Shown piece after piece: positions 63,240 through 64,000 of a stretch of 64,000 nt of DNA (position 1 is the first letter of the stretch; each line of letters opens with the position of its first letter). The notes beneath the pieces were generated by a model, which had not been told where the DNA came from, ran no database searches, and was given only the letters and a program-made list of their open reading frames with translations. Origin of the DNA: Candidatus Latescibacterota bacterium (lineage in GTDB: Bacteria > Latescibacterota > UBA2968 > GCA-2709665); contig OZ244744.1 of the NCBI GenBank assembly GCA_965219455.1, forward strand, positions 1,728,001 through 1,792,000, written 5' to 3'. Made by a program: the position numbers and the translations under genes.

Positions 63240-64000
63240 CTACCGACAATCCCAGCGGCTGGGGTTGATACCGGGCGCGTCGCTGGCCATGTCGGCCGGT
63301 TTGTTGCCGCCCTGGAAGTCCCAGTGGCGGGTGTTGGGATCGGCAAACAACGGGCGCACGGTTTCGGGCAGGGCGGCGAGATCGGCGTCGTTCCACGCGG
63401 GGACCTCGGCAATGGGGCCGGCCCACGCGGGGCGGTAGGCAATAGCGAGCATTTCACGGGCATGGGCGCCGGTGTTCGGGAAGTTCCCGTGAAAAACTTT
63501 GTGGTTGATCAGAACGGCGCCGCCTGTATTGACGGGGACCATCACCTGTTCGGGATGGTCCTCGTAGCGTTTGTACGGGTTGGCGTCGGCATGCATGGAC
63601 AGATGGGAGCGGGGTATGACCCGGAAGGGCGAGACATCCCGCGTGAGGTCGTCCAGGTAATACAGCACTCTGGCCATGAACGGAACGCTGCCGCCGTAGC
63701 CGAAGATCCGGGAGCCGTAGGGCTGGCCGTCGGTATGGAGGCTGATGCCGGGGTGGCCGGGTTCGGAGCGGGCGTACGTGCAGGACATGAAGATGGTCTC
63801 GCCGCCGAAGAGTTCGTTCAGGAAGGCGAGAGTGGGAGGATGGGCGATGAGCTCGGTGATGTGGCCGCCGGTGAACTGCAGATTCGGGCAGACCTGCTGG
63901 TGGACGCTATAGTCCACCGGCCGGGTCTCCAACCTGCCGGTCTCCGCCTTGAGCGCGGCGACGTGCCCGGGAGTGAGCAGATCGGGCAGGACAAGGTATC
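63240..64000 (-). CDS. Phytanoyl-CoA dioxygenase (PhyH) family protein; 5' end lies outside the window
   Basis: LHTD, RVIPRSH, FHGNFPN; frame open to the window end (YLVLPDLL). Confidence 0.85.
   Translation of the reverse strand, partial: YLVLPDLLTPGHVAALKAETGRLETRPVDYSVHQQVCPNLQFTGGHITELIAHPPTLAFLNELFGGETIFMSCTYARSEPGHPGISLHTDGQPYGSRIFGYGGSVPFMARVLYYLDDLTRDVSPFRVIPRSHLSMHADANPYKRYEDHPEQVMVPVNTGGAVLINHKVFHGNFPNTGAHAREMLAIAYRPAWAGPIAEVPAWNDADLAALPETVRPLFADPNTRHWDFQGGNKPADMASDAPGINPSRWDCR

Overview
A GC-rich (roughly 60-65% by eye) bacterial window dominated by catabolic genes: an enolase-superfamily dehydratase, alpha/beta hydrolases, two heparinase II/III-like proteins, three phytanoyl-CoA dioxygenases, two D-2-hydroxyacid dehydrogenases, SDR, Gfo/Idh/MocA, aminotransferases, a split aconitase X and an aldo/keto reductase. 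Housekeeping genes ilvC and monomeric icd are also present. A GWxTD/TPR protein, a DUF6785-type membrane protein and a T9SS-CTD-like domain suggest an FCB-group candidate phylum such as Latescibacterota (inference). No rRNA, tRNA or CRISPR array was seen. Two lower-GC accessory islets stand out. The first has an integrase remnant, a DUF262-HNH nuclease, an EcoRI-family methyltransferase and an orphan 164-aa gene. The second has a SLATT-like 2TM gene translationally coupled to an unannotated 54-aa Pro/Arg-rich peptide, facing a 163-aa paralog of that same orphan. Other highlights are a structured leader with an anti-SD switch before an FAD/4Fe-4S operon, a two-copy ~210-bp structured intergenic element, several small palindromic repeat families, and four decayed genes. 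All functional calls come from motif recognition by eye, not database searches.
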